50,739 bases of DNA from an uncultured Spirochaetales bacterium. GTDB taxonomy: Bacteria; Spirochaetota; Spirochaetia; JABEVK01. This document shows positions 37,440-46,246 of the stretch, one piece after another (the first letter of the stretch is position 1; every line of letters begins with the position of its first letter). Location: assembly GCA_964624355.1 (NCBI GenBank), contig CAZUXL010000004.1:1-50739 (forward strand), in the 5' to 3' direction. The translations under genes and the position numbers were made by a program. The notes under the pieces were generated by a model. That model was not told the DNA's origin and searched no databases. It saw nothing but the letters and a program-made list of their open reading frames with translations.

Positions 37440-38635
37440 CCCTCCTTTCTCAAGCCCCAGGAATAAAAGGGCACCTGGGGCAAGATGCCCGGGTTAAAAT
37501 CCTCCCGGACCTCCACAAAACCGTCGGAATCCGCCAGGTGGAAAAAATTTCCAGAACCGGCGGCGGGGAGAAGCTCCAAGCCTTGGTCCCCCCACTGGAC
37601 CGGGAGAAAGTGGGTTCCCCCAGAGCGGCCAGAATACAACCCACGAACCACTTCCTGGCGAACCCGCAGACTTCGCCCTTCCCAGGCTAATAATGCGGGA
37701 ATCACGTACCGGCGGAAGCTGAAAAGACTGGAAACAGGATTCCCGGGAAGCCCGAAGACCAGCTGCCCCCGGGGTCCCACACCGAACCACAGGGGTTTTC
37801 CCGGCTTTTGGGCCACCTGGTGGAAGACCTCCCGGCAGCCCAGGGAAGTAAGGACTACGGGAATCAGGTCGAAGGCCCCTTGGGAGACCCCACCGGTGAG
37901 TACCACCACATCAGAGGTCTCCAGCATTCGGGAAATCCCCTCTGCTAAGGGGCCTTTTTTATCGGGCAGATGAAAGCAGGCCTCGGGAACCAGGCCCCAG
38001 GTCAACGCTTCCGCTTCCATGGCTGGTGTATTGGAACGTCTGATCTGATGAGCTTCGGGCTGGGCAGAAGGCTCCACCAGCTCATCCCCGGTGGAAGCCA
38101 GAGAAAAAATTGCCTGCTTCCAAACGGGTACCTGAACCATGCCCACGGTGGCCAAAATATGGATATGACCGGTCCCCAGGTGGGTTCCAGGTGGTAAAAG
38201 CCGATCGCCGGCTTTGTAATCGCTCCCTTGGAAATGGATGTTTTGACCAGGCTTGGGGGGCTTTCTAAATTTCAAAGAAAACCCCTGGGGGGTTTTCATC
38301 AGGTCCTCGTAAGGGACCACCGTATCCCAGCCCTGGGGCATCACCGCTCCTGTGGCCACTTCCAGGGAGGTCCCTGAACCGGTTTTGGCTATTACGGGAT
38401 CACCTGCCTTCTGCAGTCCTTCCACTGGATAAATTTCCAGTTTCTTTTCCAGATCATCCCAGGTGAAGGCCGCTCCGTCCATGGCCACCCGGTCAAAGGG
38501 TGGTTGATCCCTGTCCGCCCACACATCCTGGGCTAGAACCCGTCCTATACACCGGTTCAACGTTACCGTTTCCCATTGGCGATCCCCAGGTAGGTGTCCA
38601 CGGATCAGAGCCTGCGCTTCATCGACGGATATCAT
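37436..38635 (-). CDS. moeA: Molybdopterin molybdenumtransferase MoeA
   Basis: 399 aa. MISVDEAQALI, PPFDRVAMDGAAF, STGDELV, TGGVSQGAFD, GLPGNPVSS. Confidence 0.9.
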   Translation of the reverse strand: MISVDEAQALIRGHLPGDRQWETVTLNRCIGRVLAQDVWADRDQPPFDRVAMDGAAFTWDDLEKKLEIYPVEGLQKAGDPVIAKTGSGTSLEVATGAVMPQGWDTVVPYEDLMKTPQGFSLKFRKPPKPGQNIHFQGSDYKAGDRLLPPGTHLGTGHIHILATVGMVQVPVWKQAIFSLASTGDELVEPSAQPEAHQIRRSNTPAMEAEALTWGLVPEACFHLPDKKGPLAEGISRMLETSDVVVLTGGVSQGAFDLIPVVLTSLGCREVFHQVAQKPGKPLWFGVGPRGQLVFGLPGNPVSSLFSFRRYVIPALLAWEGRSLRVRQEVVRGLYSGRSGGTHFLPVQWGDQGLELLPAAGSGNFFHLADSDGFVEVREDFNPGILPQVPFYSWGLRKEG

Positions 38636-39716
38636 TCAAAATCCTTTCCCGTTCATCCGGGGAATTGATGTTCTGCAAGGTGCGGGGGTCCGGGGGATCC
38701 AGGACCTGGACAGGAGAATTGATCAGCATCTTCCGGGGACACCGGTAACCCTGGGCTAAAAACTGGAGAAGCCGCTGACGGCTCTTCGGTTCGTAGACAG
38801 TGCATAAAGGCTCGGGAAGATCCTCGAACCCCCTAAAGGCTGTGGCGAATTTGAAAGGATTTCTATGCTTTATCAAAAACTCCAGGGTGGAATGATCCAG
38901 GCTCGGGAGATCCACGGCGGTTACCAGCCAGGCAGCCCCGGGTTCCTGGAACTGGGCTGAAAGGATTCCCGACAAGGGACCAAAGTCCAGAAACCGGTCC
39001 CGGATCTGGGGAAAATCCCTCCGGTCGGGGTCCTGGGCTTGATCCTCCCGACAGGAAACAAAAACCTGGGTACAAAAGGGCTTCAGCAGGTCCACCGCCC
39101 TGCGGACTTGGGATTGACCGTGATAATCTAGACTCGCCTTGTCCTGGCCCATCCGCTGGCTGCGCCCCCCGGTAAGAACCAGGCCGTACAACGGACGCTG
39201 ATCCAAAATCCGTTCCCAATGGTTTTTCAGAAAAGTAGCCACAGCTGGAGCATCATCCCTGGAAAAATAAGGCACTTTCCACGGCAAGGCCGGAGATTCC
39301 GGGTCTGGTCCCACCACTGCCAGGGGGATCTGATTCTGAAAAGCCGGATCTTTTAAAAGAGCGCCTTCTTTGTCCAGTACCAAAATTTTTCCCAGGTCGG
39401 AGGTTTTGTGACCTTCGGCGATCACCCCATCGCACTCAAGGAATTCCAGGCTCGCAAGTTTCAGATTTAGACCCCCGGTTTTTAGGAGCGCCTGCTCCTG
39501 GTCGTTGGAGATAAAGACCTGGACGGCACCCGCCTTTTTGACTACGTAGGTATCCTTGCCTGGATGATCCATGGAAAATTTATGGACATCGTGTTTTATG
39601 TAAGCCAGATCCAACCCGAGTAGGGGGATCAATTTGGAAATAAGCGTGGACTTCCCGGATCCGGAATATCCAGAAAAAGAGACCTCCAGGGGATGGAAGG
39701 TAAAGCCTTCACCCAC
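38619..39716 (-). CDS. MobB-MobA fusion (MGD-biosynthesis adapter GTPase plus molybdenum cofactor guanylyltransferase)
   Basis: N-terminal P-loop FSGYSGSGKSTLISKL (MobB). C-terminal GLVLTGGRSQRMGQDKASL...VDLP (MobA). Confidence 0.85.
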   Translation of the reverse strand: MGEGFTFHPLEVSFSGYSGSGKSTLISKLIPLLGLDLAYIKHDVHKFSMDHPGKDTYVVKKAGAVQVFISNDQEQALLKTGGLNLKLASLEFLECDGVIAEGHKTSDLGKILVLDKEGALLKDPAFQNQIPLAVVGPDPESPALPWKVPYFSRDDAPAVATFLKNHWERILDQRPLYGLVLTGGRSQRMGQDKASLDYHGQSQVRRAVDLLKPFCTQVFVSCREDQAQDPDRRDFPQIRDRFLDFGPLSGILSAQFQEPGAAWLVTAVDLPSLDHSTLEFLIKHRNPFKFATAFRGFEDLPEPLCTVYEPKSRQRLLQFLAQGYRCPRKMLINSPVQVLDPPDPRTLQNINSPDERERILNDIRR

Positions 39717-40182
39717 GGTGGTAGGACCTCTTACCGCCTTCTTTGGTCAAAAGCCGGGTGTACCGGATCTCAATGGCCGGACTCAAGGCCTTCACCATGT
39801 CATAGAGAGTCAGAGCTGCGATGGAAGCCCCGGTCAAAGCCTCCATCTCCACCCCAGTCTTATGGGTGGCAGACACTGTGCAGGTAACCCTAACTTCCGT
39901 TTCCGAAACAATTTCCAAGTGGATACTGCATTTCTCCACCGGTAGGGGGTGGCACATGGGAATGAGTTCCCAGGTCCTCTTGGCCCCCATGATTCCTGCC
40001 ACCACCGCCGTATGGAACACCGGTCCCTTGGGTCCCACCAGGTCGCCTCCATGGCGAAGATCCGGGATAATAGGTAGGGGCAGGTAAACCAGGGATTCCG
40101 CTTCGGCGGTCCGTAGTGTCACGGCTTTTTCCGAGACATCCACCATCACAGGATTAAGATTTTCGTCGATATGGGTCAGCAT
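39709..40182 (-). CDS. moaC: Cyclic pyranopterin monophosphate synthase MoaC
   Basis: 157 aa. LTHIDENLNPVMVDVSEK, IPMCHPL, TGVEMEALT. Confidence 0.9.
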   Translation of the reverse strand: MLTHIDENLNPVMVDVSEKAVTLRTAEAESLVYLPLPIIPDLRHGGDLVGPKGPVFHTAVVAGIMGAKRTWELIPMCHPLPVEKCSIHLEIVSETEVRVTCTVSATHKTGVEMEALTGASIAALTLYDMVKALSPAIEIRYTRLLTKEGGKRSYHRG

Positions 40183-41250
40183 TCATCCTCCGATGTAAAA
40201 CATTTCTATCCGGTCTTCGGGCTTTACATTTGTTTTCCCGCCAGGCTTTCCAGACCGCAAGGCGGAGTACTGGTCGATACGGCCTTGCCAGATGTCCCGA
40301 ACAGTATCTGCCACATCTTTGGCCCTAGCCCCTTCCCTCAGAAGTTTTCTCAAGTCCCAACCGGTTTTGGAAAATAGGCAGGTATACAGCTTTCCGTCGG
40401 CGCTGAGCCGAGCCCTGGAACAGTCGCCGCAAAAGGGCTGGGAAACCGAGCTGATAAATCCCACCTCCGTGGTACCGCCGGTATAAGCCCACCGGTCGGC
40501 GGTTTCCCCCGGATGGGACTTGGTAAGGGGCTCCAGGGTGTACCGGGTGCATAGAAGCTCTAAAATTTCCCGGGAGGGGACTACTTTTTCTTTTGACCAG
40601 CCATTCATGGTCCCCACATCCATGAACTCAATGAACCTCAGGATAAACCCCGGTCGGCGGAAATACTCCGCCATATCCAGGATCTCCCGGTCATTTACCC
40701 CGCGGATCACCACCATGTTCACCTTCACCGGATTGAATCCTCCCGCTGAGGAGGCTTCGATAGCTTCCAATACCGGTGCCAGGGCGTGACCTTTCCCATT
40801 GAGCTGCCCGAAGGTTACCTCATCCAAAGAATCCAGGGAAATATTGATCCTATCCAACCCGGCAGCCTTCAGCCGGCCTACCAGGGGTTTGAGATGCCAT
40901 CCGTTGGTGATCAAGTCCAGCTCCAGCTCCGGGTGATCATGCCTCAAAGCTTGGACCAAATCCAAAACAAAAGTCGGCCGCAAAAGGGGTTCTCCCCCGG
41001 TCAATTTTACCTTCTCCAAACCCAGTTGTCGAAAACCATCCACCAGAACCCTGAGCTCTTCCAGACTCAGAAGATCCCGCCCCTGGAGAAAGGGAAAGTC
41101 CTCGGGAAAAAGGTCCCGGGGCATGCAATAGGGGCACCGGAAATTGCAGTTGTCCACCAGGGATATTCGCAAGTCCCTGAGGGGACGGCCCAATCGGTCC
41201 TGGAGAGTATTCGAAGCGGTCATGGGCTTAAAATATCCCATTTTTCTCAA
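40183..41250 (-). CDS. moaA: GTP 3',8-cyclase MoaA (radical SAM)
   Basis: LRISLVDNCNFRCPYCMP, C-terminal cluster FCGDCSRARLSADGKLYTCLF, ends in GG. The start is ambiguous: TTG 41250, ATG 41241 or ATG 41223. Confidence 0.9.
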   Translation of the reverse strand: MRKMGYFKPMTASNTLQDRLGRPLRDLRISLVDNCNFRCPYCMPRDLFPEDFPFLQGRDLLSLEELRVLVDGFRQLGLEKVKLTGGEPLLRPTFVLDLVQALRHDHPELELDLITNGWHLKPLVGRLKAAGLDRINISLDSLDEVTFGQLNGKGHALAPVLEAIEASSAGGFNPVKVNMVVIRGVNDREILDMAEYFRRPGFILRFIEFMDVGTMNGWSKEKVVPSREILELLCTRYTLEPLTKSHPGETADRWAYTGGTTEVGFISSVSQPFCGDCSRARLSADGKLYTCLFSKTGWDLRKLLREGARAKDVADTVRDIWQGRIDQYSALRSGKPGGKTNVKPEDRIEMFYIGG

Positions 41251-41285
41251 CTGGGAAACAGACCTTTTCTAGAATTCTCATTACT

Positions 41286-43400
41286 TTAGACTTTTTCTAA
41301 CCTAACTGCCCCAAATTTATACCCTGGCTGTTTGCTGTGGGGATCAAAAACAGGAAAGGTGAGGTAGTTCGCGTCTTGGTAGTGCATGGGCAGAAACACA
41401 AAACCGGGCCTGACCGAATCCTTGATAAGGGCGTTTACCACCACCGTACCCCGGCGGCTGGTAACCCTTACTTTCTGCCCCTCCGCCAGCCCCAGACCCT
41501 CGGCATCCTGGGGATGGATTTCCGCATAACTTTCCTGGGGGTACATCTTTTTCAAAATTTCCACCTTCCCGGTCCGGGTCTGGGTGTGCCACTGATGCAT
41601 GGTCCCCCGGCCCGTGAGCAGAAAAAAGGGATAGGTATCATCAGGGAGTTCCGGCAGGGGAACCACGTCGGTAAATAGCAGCTTTGCTTTACCATCGGGG
41701 GTAAAATACCGCCCGTCGGCGAACAGCCGCCTCTCCACATCGGAGCCTACGGGAATCCCTTCAGGCGAATTTGCAGCCTGAAGCTTGGTCCACGGCCACT
41801 GAATGCCCCCAGCTGTAACCAGGGATTCCCAACTGGGGATTCCGGATATATCGCAGGGTTGGCCTTCACTAAGATCCTGAAGCAGGCGGAAAGCATCCTG
41901 GGGAGTCTTCCATCGGTCCAACAGGTCGCCGCACCCCCAGGCCACCGCCAATTTCTTGAAAATTTCATAATCGCTCAGAGCCTCCCCAGGAGCCTCTTTC
42001 ACTTTCTGCACAATCCCCAGCCGCCGTTCGGAATTGATAAAGGTTCCAATTTTTTCCCCGGCCCCTGCGGCTGGAAGGATGAGGTCCGCCAGCTGAGCGG
42101 TTTCGGTTGTATGATAAAGATCTTGGACGGCCAAGAATTCCAGGCTTTTCATCCTGCCTAGGAAACTATTTTTATCGATCCAACTGTGGGCGGGATTGGT
42201 ACAGACGATCCAAAGGGCTTTTACGGTACCGTCCTCGATGGCTTCTAGTATCTGTTCATAACTTTTACCCGCGTCCTGGGCTATCTTCTCCACAGATATT
42301 CCCAGCCTCTGGGCGATTTTCTCCCTATGAGCGGGCTTTGTCCAATCATGCCCAGCCAATAAGCTGCTGGTGTTGGAGAATATCCGGGAACCCATGGCGT
42401 TGCACTGTCCGGTTATGGAATTGGGTCCTGTCCCGGGCCGCCCGATATTTCCCGTCATCAGGCAGAGGTTGATGATGGCCTGGGCCGTCCGAACCCCTTG
42501 ATGGCTCTGATTCACCCCCATGGTCCACCAGAAACTCACCTTCTTTCCTTCGTGGATCCTATTAGCCATGTCCTCCAGCATATCCAGGCTGATTCCAGTG
42601 ATTTTCACCGAAGCCTGGGGAGTAAACTCCTGGACATGGGCTTTCAGTTCTTCCATCCCCGCGGAATTTTCCGCTGACCACTGGGGATCCAACCAACCCC
42701 TTTCCATGAACATGTGGATCAGGGTGTAAAGCAGGGTAAGATCGCTTTTGGGTTCAATCGGGAGGTGTAGATTAGCTTCCTTCGCCGTTTCGGTGTGCCG
42801 GGGGTCCACCACAATGATCTGGGGATTATGGGGATTGGCCTTCACCCTCTGCCAAAGGATGGGATGGGCGATGACGCAGTTGGAGCCGATGAAGACCAGC
42901 ACATCGGATTCCTGTGCATCCTGGTAGGTAAAAGGCGGAGCATCAAACCCAAAAGACTGCTTGTATGCCACCACGGCGCTGGCCATGCACTGCCTGGTAT
43001 TCCCATCCCCATGGCGGAAACCCATACCGAATTTGGCCACGGTGCCTAAAAGGGCCAGCTCCTCGAAGGGCAGCTGACCTGTGGAAATAAAAGCGATGCT
43101 TTCCGGTCCGTATTTGTCCCTCACGGCCTTAAATTTCTTAACAAAAAGTTCCGAGGCTTCATCCCAAGTCAACCTGGTGGTCACGCCGGTCTCACGGTTT
43201 CTTTCCAGGGGATAAAGCGCCCGGTCCTCCGCTTCCAAGGCTTTGATCATATTGAAGCCCTTGGTACAGGTTTTCCCCTTGTTGACCGGGTAGTCTTTGG
43301 CGGGAAGAATCTTCACCGGTTTCCCATCCACCACCTGGATGTCCAGATTGCAACCGATACTGCAGAAACTGCAGGTGGTACGGATAATTTGTTCTCCCAT
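41286..43400 (-). CDS. nasA: Cytoplasmic molybdopterin (bis-MGD) oxidoreductase, Nas/NarB-type nitrate reductase catalytic subunit
   Basis: 704 aa. N-terminal 4Fe-4S motif TTCSFCSIGCNL...GKTCTKG with no twin-arginine leader. It has the MopB family layout. The nitrate assignment rests on the adjacent narK and co-transcribed Moco/MGD genes, and is inference. Confidence 0.75.
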   Translation of the reverse strand: MGEQIIRTTCSFCSIGCNLDIQVVDGKPVKILPAKDYPVNKGKTCTKGFNMIKALEAEDRALYPLERNRETGVTTRLTWDEASELFVKKFKAVRDKYGPESIAFISTGQLPFEELALLGTVAKFGMGFRHGDGNTRQCMASAVVAYKQSFGFDAPPFTYQDAQESDVLVFIGSNCVIAHPILWQRVKANPHNPQIIVVDPRHTETAKEANLHLPIEPKSDLTLLYTLIHMFMERGWLDPQWSAENSAGMEELKAHVQEFTPQASVKITGISLDMLEDMANRIHEGKKVSFWWTMGVNQSHQGVRTAQAIINLCLMTGNIGRPGTGPNSITGQCNAMGSRIFSNTSSLLAGHDWTKPAHREKIAQRLGISVEKIAQDAGKSYEQILEAIEDGTVKALWIVCTNPAHSWIDKNSFLGRMKSLEFLAVQDLYHTTETAQLADLILPAAGAGEKIGTFINSERRLGIVQKVKEAPGEALSDYEIFKKLAVAWGCGDLLDRWKTPQDAFRLLQDLSEGQPCDISGIPSWESLVTAGGIQWPWTKLQAANSPEGIPVGSDVERRLFADGRYFTPDGKAKLLFTDVVPLPELPDDTYPFFLLTGRGTMHQWHTQTRTGKVEILKKMYPQESYAEIHPQDAEGLGLAEGQKVRVTSRRGTVVVNALIKDSVRPGFVFLPMHYQDANYLTFPVFDPHSKQPGYKFGAVRLEKV

Positions 43401-43452
43401 GGCTGATCTCCCTTATGCCTCATCAGTTTAATTCAAACCTGGGGATAATTCC

Positions 43453-43466
43453 TTGAGAAATATCAA
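43453..43466. promoter_or_regulatory. Crp/Fnr-type box 3 (TTGAGAAATATCAA) in the nasA / crp-fnr divergent region
   Basis: It reads TTGATATTTCTCAA on the minus strand. Exactly 22 nt separate it from TAAACT (43430-43425). Then 24 nt containing AAGGGAGA lead to the nasA ATG at 43400. Confidence 0.55.
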
Positions 43467-43503
43467 AGAAATCCCCTCCAAGACTTTTCTTAACCCGGTT
43501 TTT

Positions 43504-43512
43504 TGTTATAAT
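43504..43512 (+). promoter_or_regulatory. Extended -10 element TGtTATAAT directly upstream of the crp/fnr ATG
   Basis: TGTTATAAT at 43504-43512. The A of the ATG (43519) is the 7th nt after the hexamer, which suggests a leaderless transcript. Confidence 0.4.
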
Positions 43513-43518
43513 TGACCC

Positions 43519-44274
43519 ATGGAATCCATCCACAAAATCCTCCACCCGAAACTCTGCCATTGTACCGCACCCCGGAGGCGGGAGATAATTTCCAGCCTTT
43601 CCTTTCTTAAAAAGGCATCTGCAGCCACCATGGACGATTTCCAGTCCTCCTTTTCCAGCAGAAACATGGAAGAAGGGCATGAACTGTCTCCCCTGGCTTT
43701 AAACCAGGGTCTTTTCGGAATTGTGGCCGCCGGCGCTCTTAAAGTCTTCCGCTATGTAAAGGATGATCAATTTGCCATTCTGGATATTCTGGTCGAAGGG
43801 GATTTCTTCCATTATGGATTCCCTGACGCCCCTGGGGTCCGGATGTTTGTTTACCCCGACCAAATTCAAGCCATGACCACATCCTGCTTACTTTACATGG
43901 ACAGTACGAAATTGCAGGAACTTCTTCGCCGGGATGCAGATCTTTCCTCCACCTATTTGGATTCCATGACGGGAAAATTAAACCAGCTCCACGAGAGGTT
44001 TATTCATCTGGGATCCTATGCGGCGGATCACAAATTAGCCTACCTGCTGGAGTTCCTCCACTCCAAAGGACCTGGGAAAGCGGACTATCCCGATCTCATA
44101 CCCTTCAATATCACCCGTAAGGATCTGGCTTCCCTGGCTGGGCTGACCTTGGAGACTGCCAGCAGGATACTCGCTTCCTTTGAAAGAAGCGGTCTCATCC
44201 GGTCCGGAAGGGGCTGGGTGGAAATTCTAGACTACCCGGGGTTGTCAAAACTCTGCCGAACCGAAGAACTCTGA
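43519..44274 (+). CDS. Crp/Fnr family transcriptional regulator
   Basis: 251 aa. cNMP-binding-like beta-roll and C-terminal HTH (ITRKDLASLAGLTLETASRILASFERSGLI). Cys at positions 13, 15, 123 and 246 by my count. Confidence 0.85.
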   Translation: MESIHKILHPKLCHCTAPRRREIISSLSFLKKASAATMDDFQSSFSSRNMEEGHELSPLALNQGLFGIVAAGALKVFRYVKDDQFAILDILVEGDFFHYGFPDAPGVRMFVYPDQIQAMTTSCLLYMDSTKLQELLRRDADLSSTYLDSMTGKLNQLHERFIHLGSYAADHKLAYLLEFLHSKGPGKADYPDLIPFNITRKDLASLAGLTLETASRILASFERSGLIRSGRGWVEILDYPGLSKLCRTEEL

Positions 44275-44281
44275 TGGGTAG

Positions 44282-45046
44282 CTACCTCATTCCATATTTG
44301 GCTAAAATACCTGCCAGGGTTCCATCGGCCTTCATTTGTTTTAAGACCCCATCGTACCTGATGGAGAGTTCCAAAAGCCCCGGATATTTTGATCCCCTCA
44401 CGAAGGTATTAAAATATTCCCTATCCTTAATTGGTTTAGGGAGGAAGGTAATTTTACTCAGTAATCCTGATTTTTGGGCTTCATAGAGGGTAGCTTTGGT
44501 ATTCAGGGGGACCAGGTCGAACCTTTTTGCCACGAGTTTATCCAGCTGAAGTTCATTGGAAAATATCTCGTCTATTTTTAACGGAACGGATTTTATTGCA
44601 GCATTGAATTCGTCGGAATAGGAAATTCCTTTGGTAATACCGATGATCCAGGGGGCTAAATCCCCATAAGTGTTAAATTTATACCTTCCCTCGTTTTCTT
44701 TTAAATAAAAAAAGTTCCAGTTAAAACTGATATGGGATTCCTGGGGATAGAAAAGATATTTATTTCGATCTTCATTAAAGGAATAAGTGAAAATCATATC
44801 ATAGACCGCTGGTACAGCCTTGGCATTCGCTTCCAACCGGGAAGAAGAAGCCACCAGTTCAATTCGATAGGGCACTCCTAATTTCTTCATGATATAATCG
44901 ATAATATCCACATCCAAACCGACTATCTTACCCTCGGGGGTGACCCAACGGTTCGGTTCTTCAGGTATTCCGGCGATAACCAGATCTTGGGCCCAGGATA
45001 AACTCATAATTAGGGTGAAAAATATCCCAATCCACATCGTTTTCAT
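44282..45046 (-). CDS. Periplasmic substrate-binding protein (SBP_bac_3 / PBP2-like)
   Basis: Signal peptide MKTMWIGIFFTLIMSLSWAQ. Pattern: GKIVGLDVDIIDYIMKKLGVPYRIE...RFDLVP... Confidence 0.7.
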   Translation of the reverse strand: MKTMWIGIFFTLIMSLSWAQDLVIAGIPEEPNRWVTPEGKIVGLDVDIIDYIMKKLGVPYRIELVASSSRLEANAKAVPAVYDMIFTYSFNEDRNKYLFYPQESHISFNWNFFYLKENEGRYKFNTYGDLAPWIIGITKGISYSDEFNAAIKSVPLKIDEIFSNELQLDKLVAKRFDLVPLNTKATLYEAQKSGLLSKITFLPKPIKDREYFNTFVRGSKYPGLLELSIRYDGVLKQMKADGTLAGILAKYGMR

Positions 45047-45105
45047 TGTATTACCCTCTAATTGTAAGGATAGTACATTTGTGTCTACTTACAAGCCGAA
45101 GGGCT

Positions 45106-46206
45106 TCATGTGATCAAATCTTTTTTTGCCTGGGTTCGTAGATCGGTTATGTCGCTGTTTATTCCCATGGTACGCAGGGCCTTTCCTTTTTCATCAAAAA
45201 ATGTCACCCCTCGGGCTTTTATCCAACGAACCCCGTCTCCGGCTCTTTGAATCCGAAATTCACTATGGTATTCCTGCTCATATTTAATGGTGGCTTGGAA
45301 ATCCTTAATGGCATTTTCCCGGTCATCGGGATATAAGGCCGATTTCCACAAGTCGTAAACTACATCCGTATCCCCGGGGGTCATTCCATACAGGGAATAC
45401 ATACTAAGATCCCATTTCAATTCTTTAGAGTCATGATCCCAATCCCAGATTCCCAAATTCCCCAGGGAAGAAGCCAATTGAAGCCGTTCATTCGTGGACT
45501 CCTGACGACTGTTCAGCCTTCGAAGTTCGGTGGTTATTTGGTTAATGCCTCTGGCAAGTTTCCCCATTTCATCCCGTCTCTCCGAAAGAGGCAATTCAGG
45601 AAATTCTCCTTTATTCAGGGAATCCAGTCTTCGTAAAATCAAGTTAAGGGGGGTTTGGAAAGTCCTCTTAACCAATTGGATGAGGGTGAATGAAAGTACC
45701 AGCGCAAAACTGATCACGCCGATCATAATTCTCCACAACAGATACTGCCATTCCTCATTCAAAGCAGAAAAATAGAAGGTCACAAGAAAGGTGCCTAGGA
45801 TTTTCTCTCCCCGTCGAATCTCCTGGGATTTTGTTTTTAGGTAATCCACGAGAAAAAGCTTGTAGAGGAAAGGAGGATCCTGGGATTCTTGAAAATCCTT
45901 GGCTAAAGCGGAGGAAAACACAGTTCTGGAATCTTCGGTGTAAACCATCACGCTTTTAATATTGGGGGAGGCAACCACGGATTCTAATAAAAGGTTGGTG
46001 GTCTTAACGTCCAAATTCCATAAGGTGGATTCAAGAAAGGATTCCAGATAAGCCATGGCATGTGTCTCCTCCCTTTCCAAGGAATCCATATCCTTGTGAA
46101 TGTTGACTCCCAAAAGAATTACCTCATAAGAGATGAGAACTAAAATGCAGAATCCCATCACTCCCACAAGAAGTTTGCCGGTAATGGAAAGTGACGGAAG
46201 TTTCAA
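45106..46206 (-). CDS. Membrane sensor: TM - periplasmic domain - TM - HAMP - PAS, with no output domain
   Basis: 366 aa. The HAMP region is FQTPLNLILRRLDSLNKGEFPE...EMGKLARGINQITTEL. The PAS_3-like region is GIWDWDHDSKELKWDLSMYSLYG...YHSEFRIQRAGDGVRWIKARGVTFFDEKGKALRTMGINSDITD. The protein ends 12 residues later. Confidence 0.75.
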   Translation of the reverse strand: MKLPSLSITGKLLVGVMGFCILVLISYEVILLGVNIHKDMDSLEREETHAMAYLESFLESTLWNLDVKTTNLLLESVVASPNIKSVMVYTEDSRTVFSSALAKDFQESQDPPFLYKLFLVDYLKTKSQEIRRGEKILGTFLVTFYFSALNEEWQYLLWRIMIGVISFALVLSFTLIQLVKRTFQTPLNLILRRLDSLNKGEFPELPLSERRDEMGKLARGINQITTELRRLNSRQESTNERLQLASSLGNLGIWDWDHDSKELKWDLSMYSLYGMTPGDTDVVYDLWKSALYPDDRENAIKDFQATIKYEQEYHSEFRIQRAGDGVRWIKARGVTFFDEKGKALRTMGINSDITDLRTQAKKDLIT

Positions 46207-46246
46207 TTTAGACCTCTTTTAAGGACAATAGAAAAATTTCGTATAA

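Noticed and set aside
35594-43049. Dozens of 60-220-aa overlapping ORFs on both strands across the Moco/nitrate genes (e.g. 36147-36815+, 37485-37973+, 40786-41289+, 38863-39219-)
   Set aside because: The region is GC-rich, which suppresses stop codons in off-frames. The translations are rich in P, G and R and lack motifs. Every stretch is already explained by a strongly recognisable Moco or nitrate gene.
41251-43518. A Moco riboswitch upstream of moaA or nasA
   Set aside because: The nasA-moaA gap is only 35 nt. The predicted nasA leader is about 18-24 nt if the proposed -10 is right. I saw no extended conserved stem-loop architecture in the 118-nt nasA/crp intergenic region.
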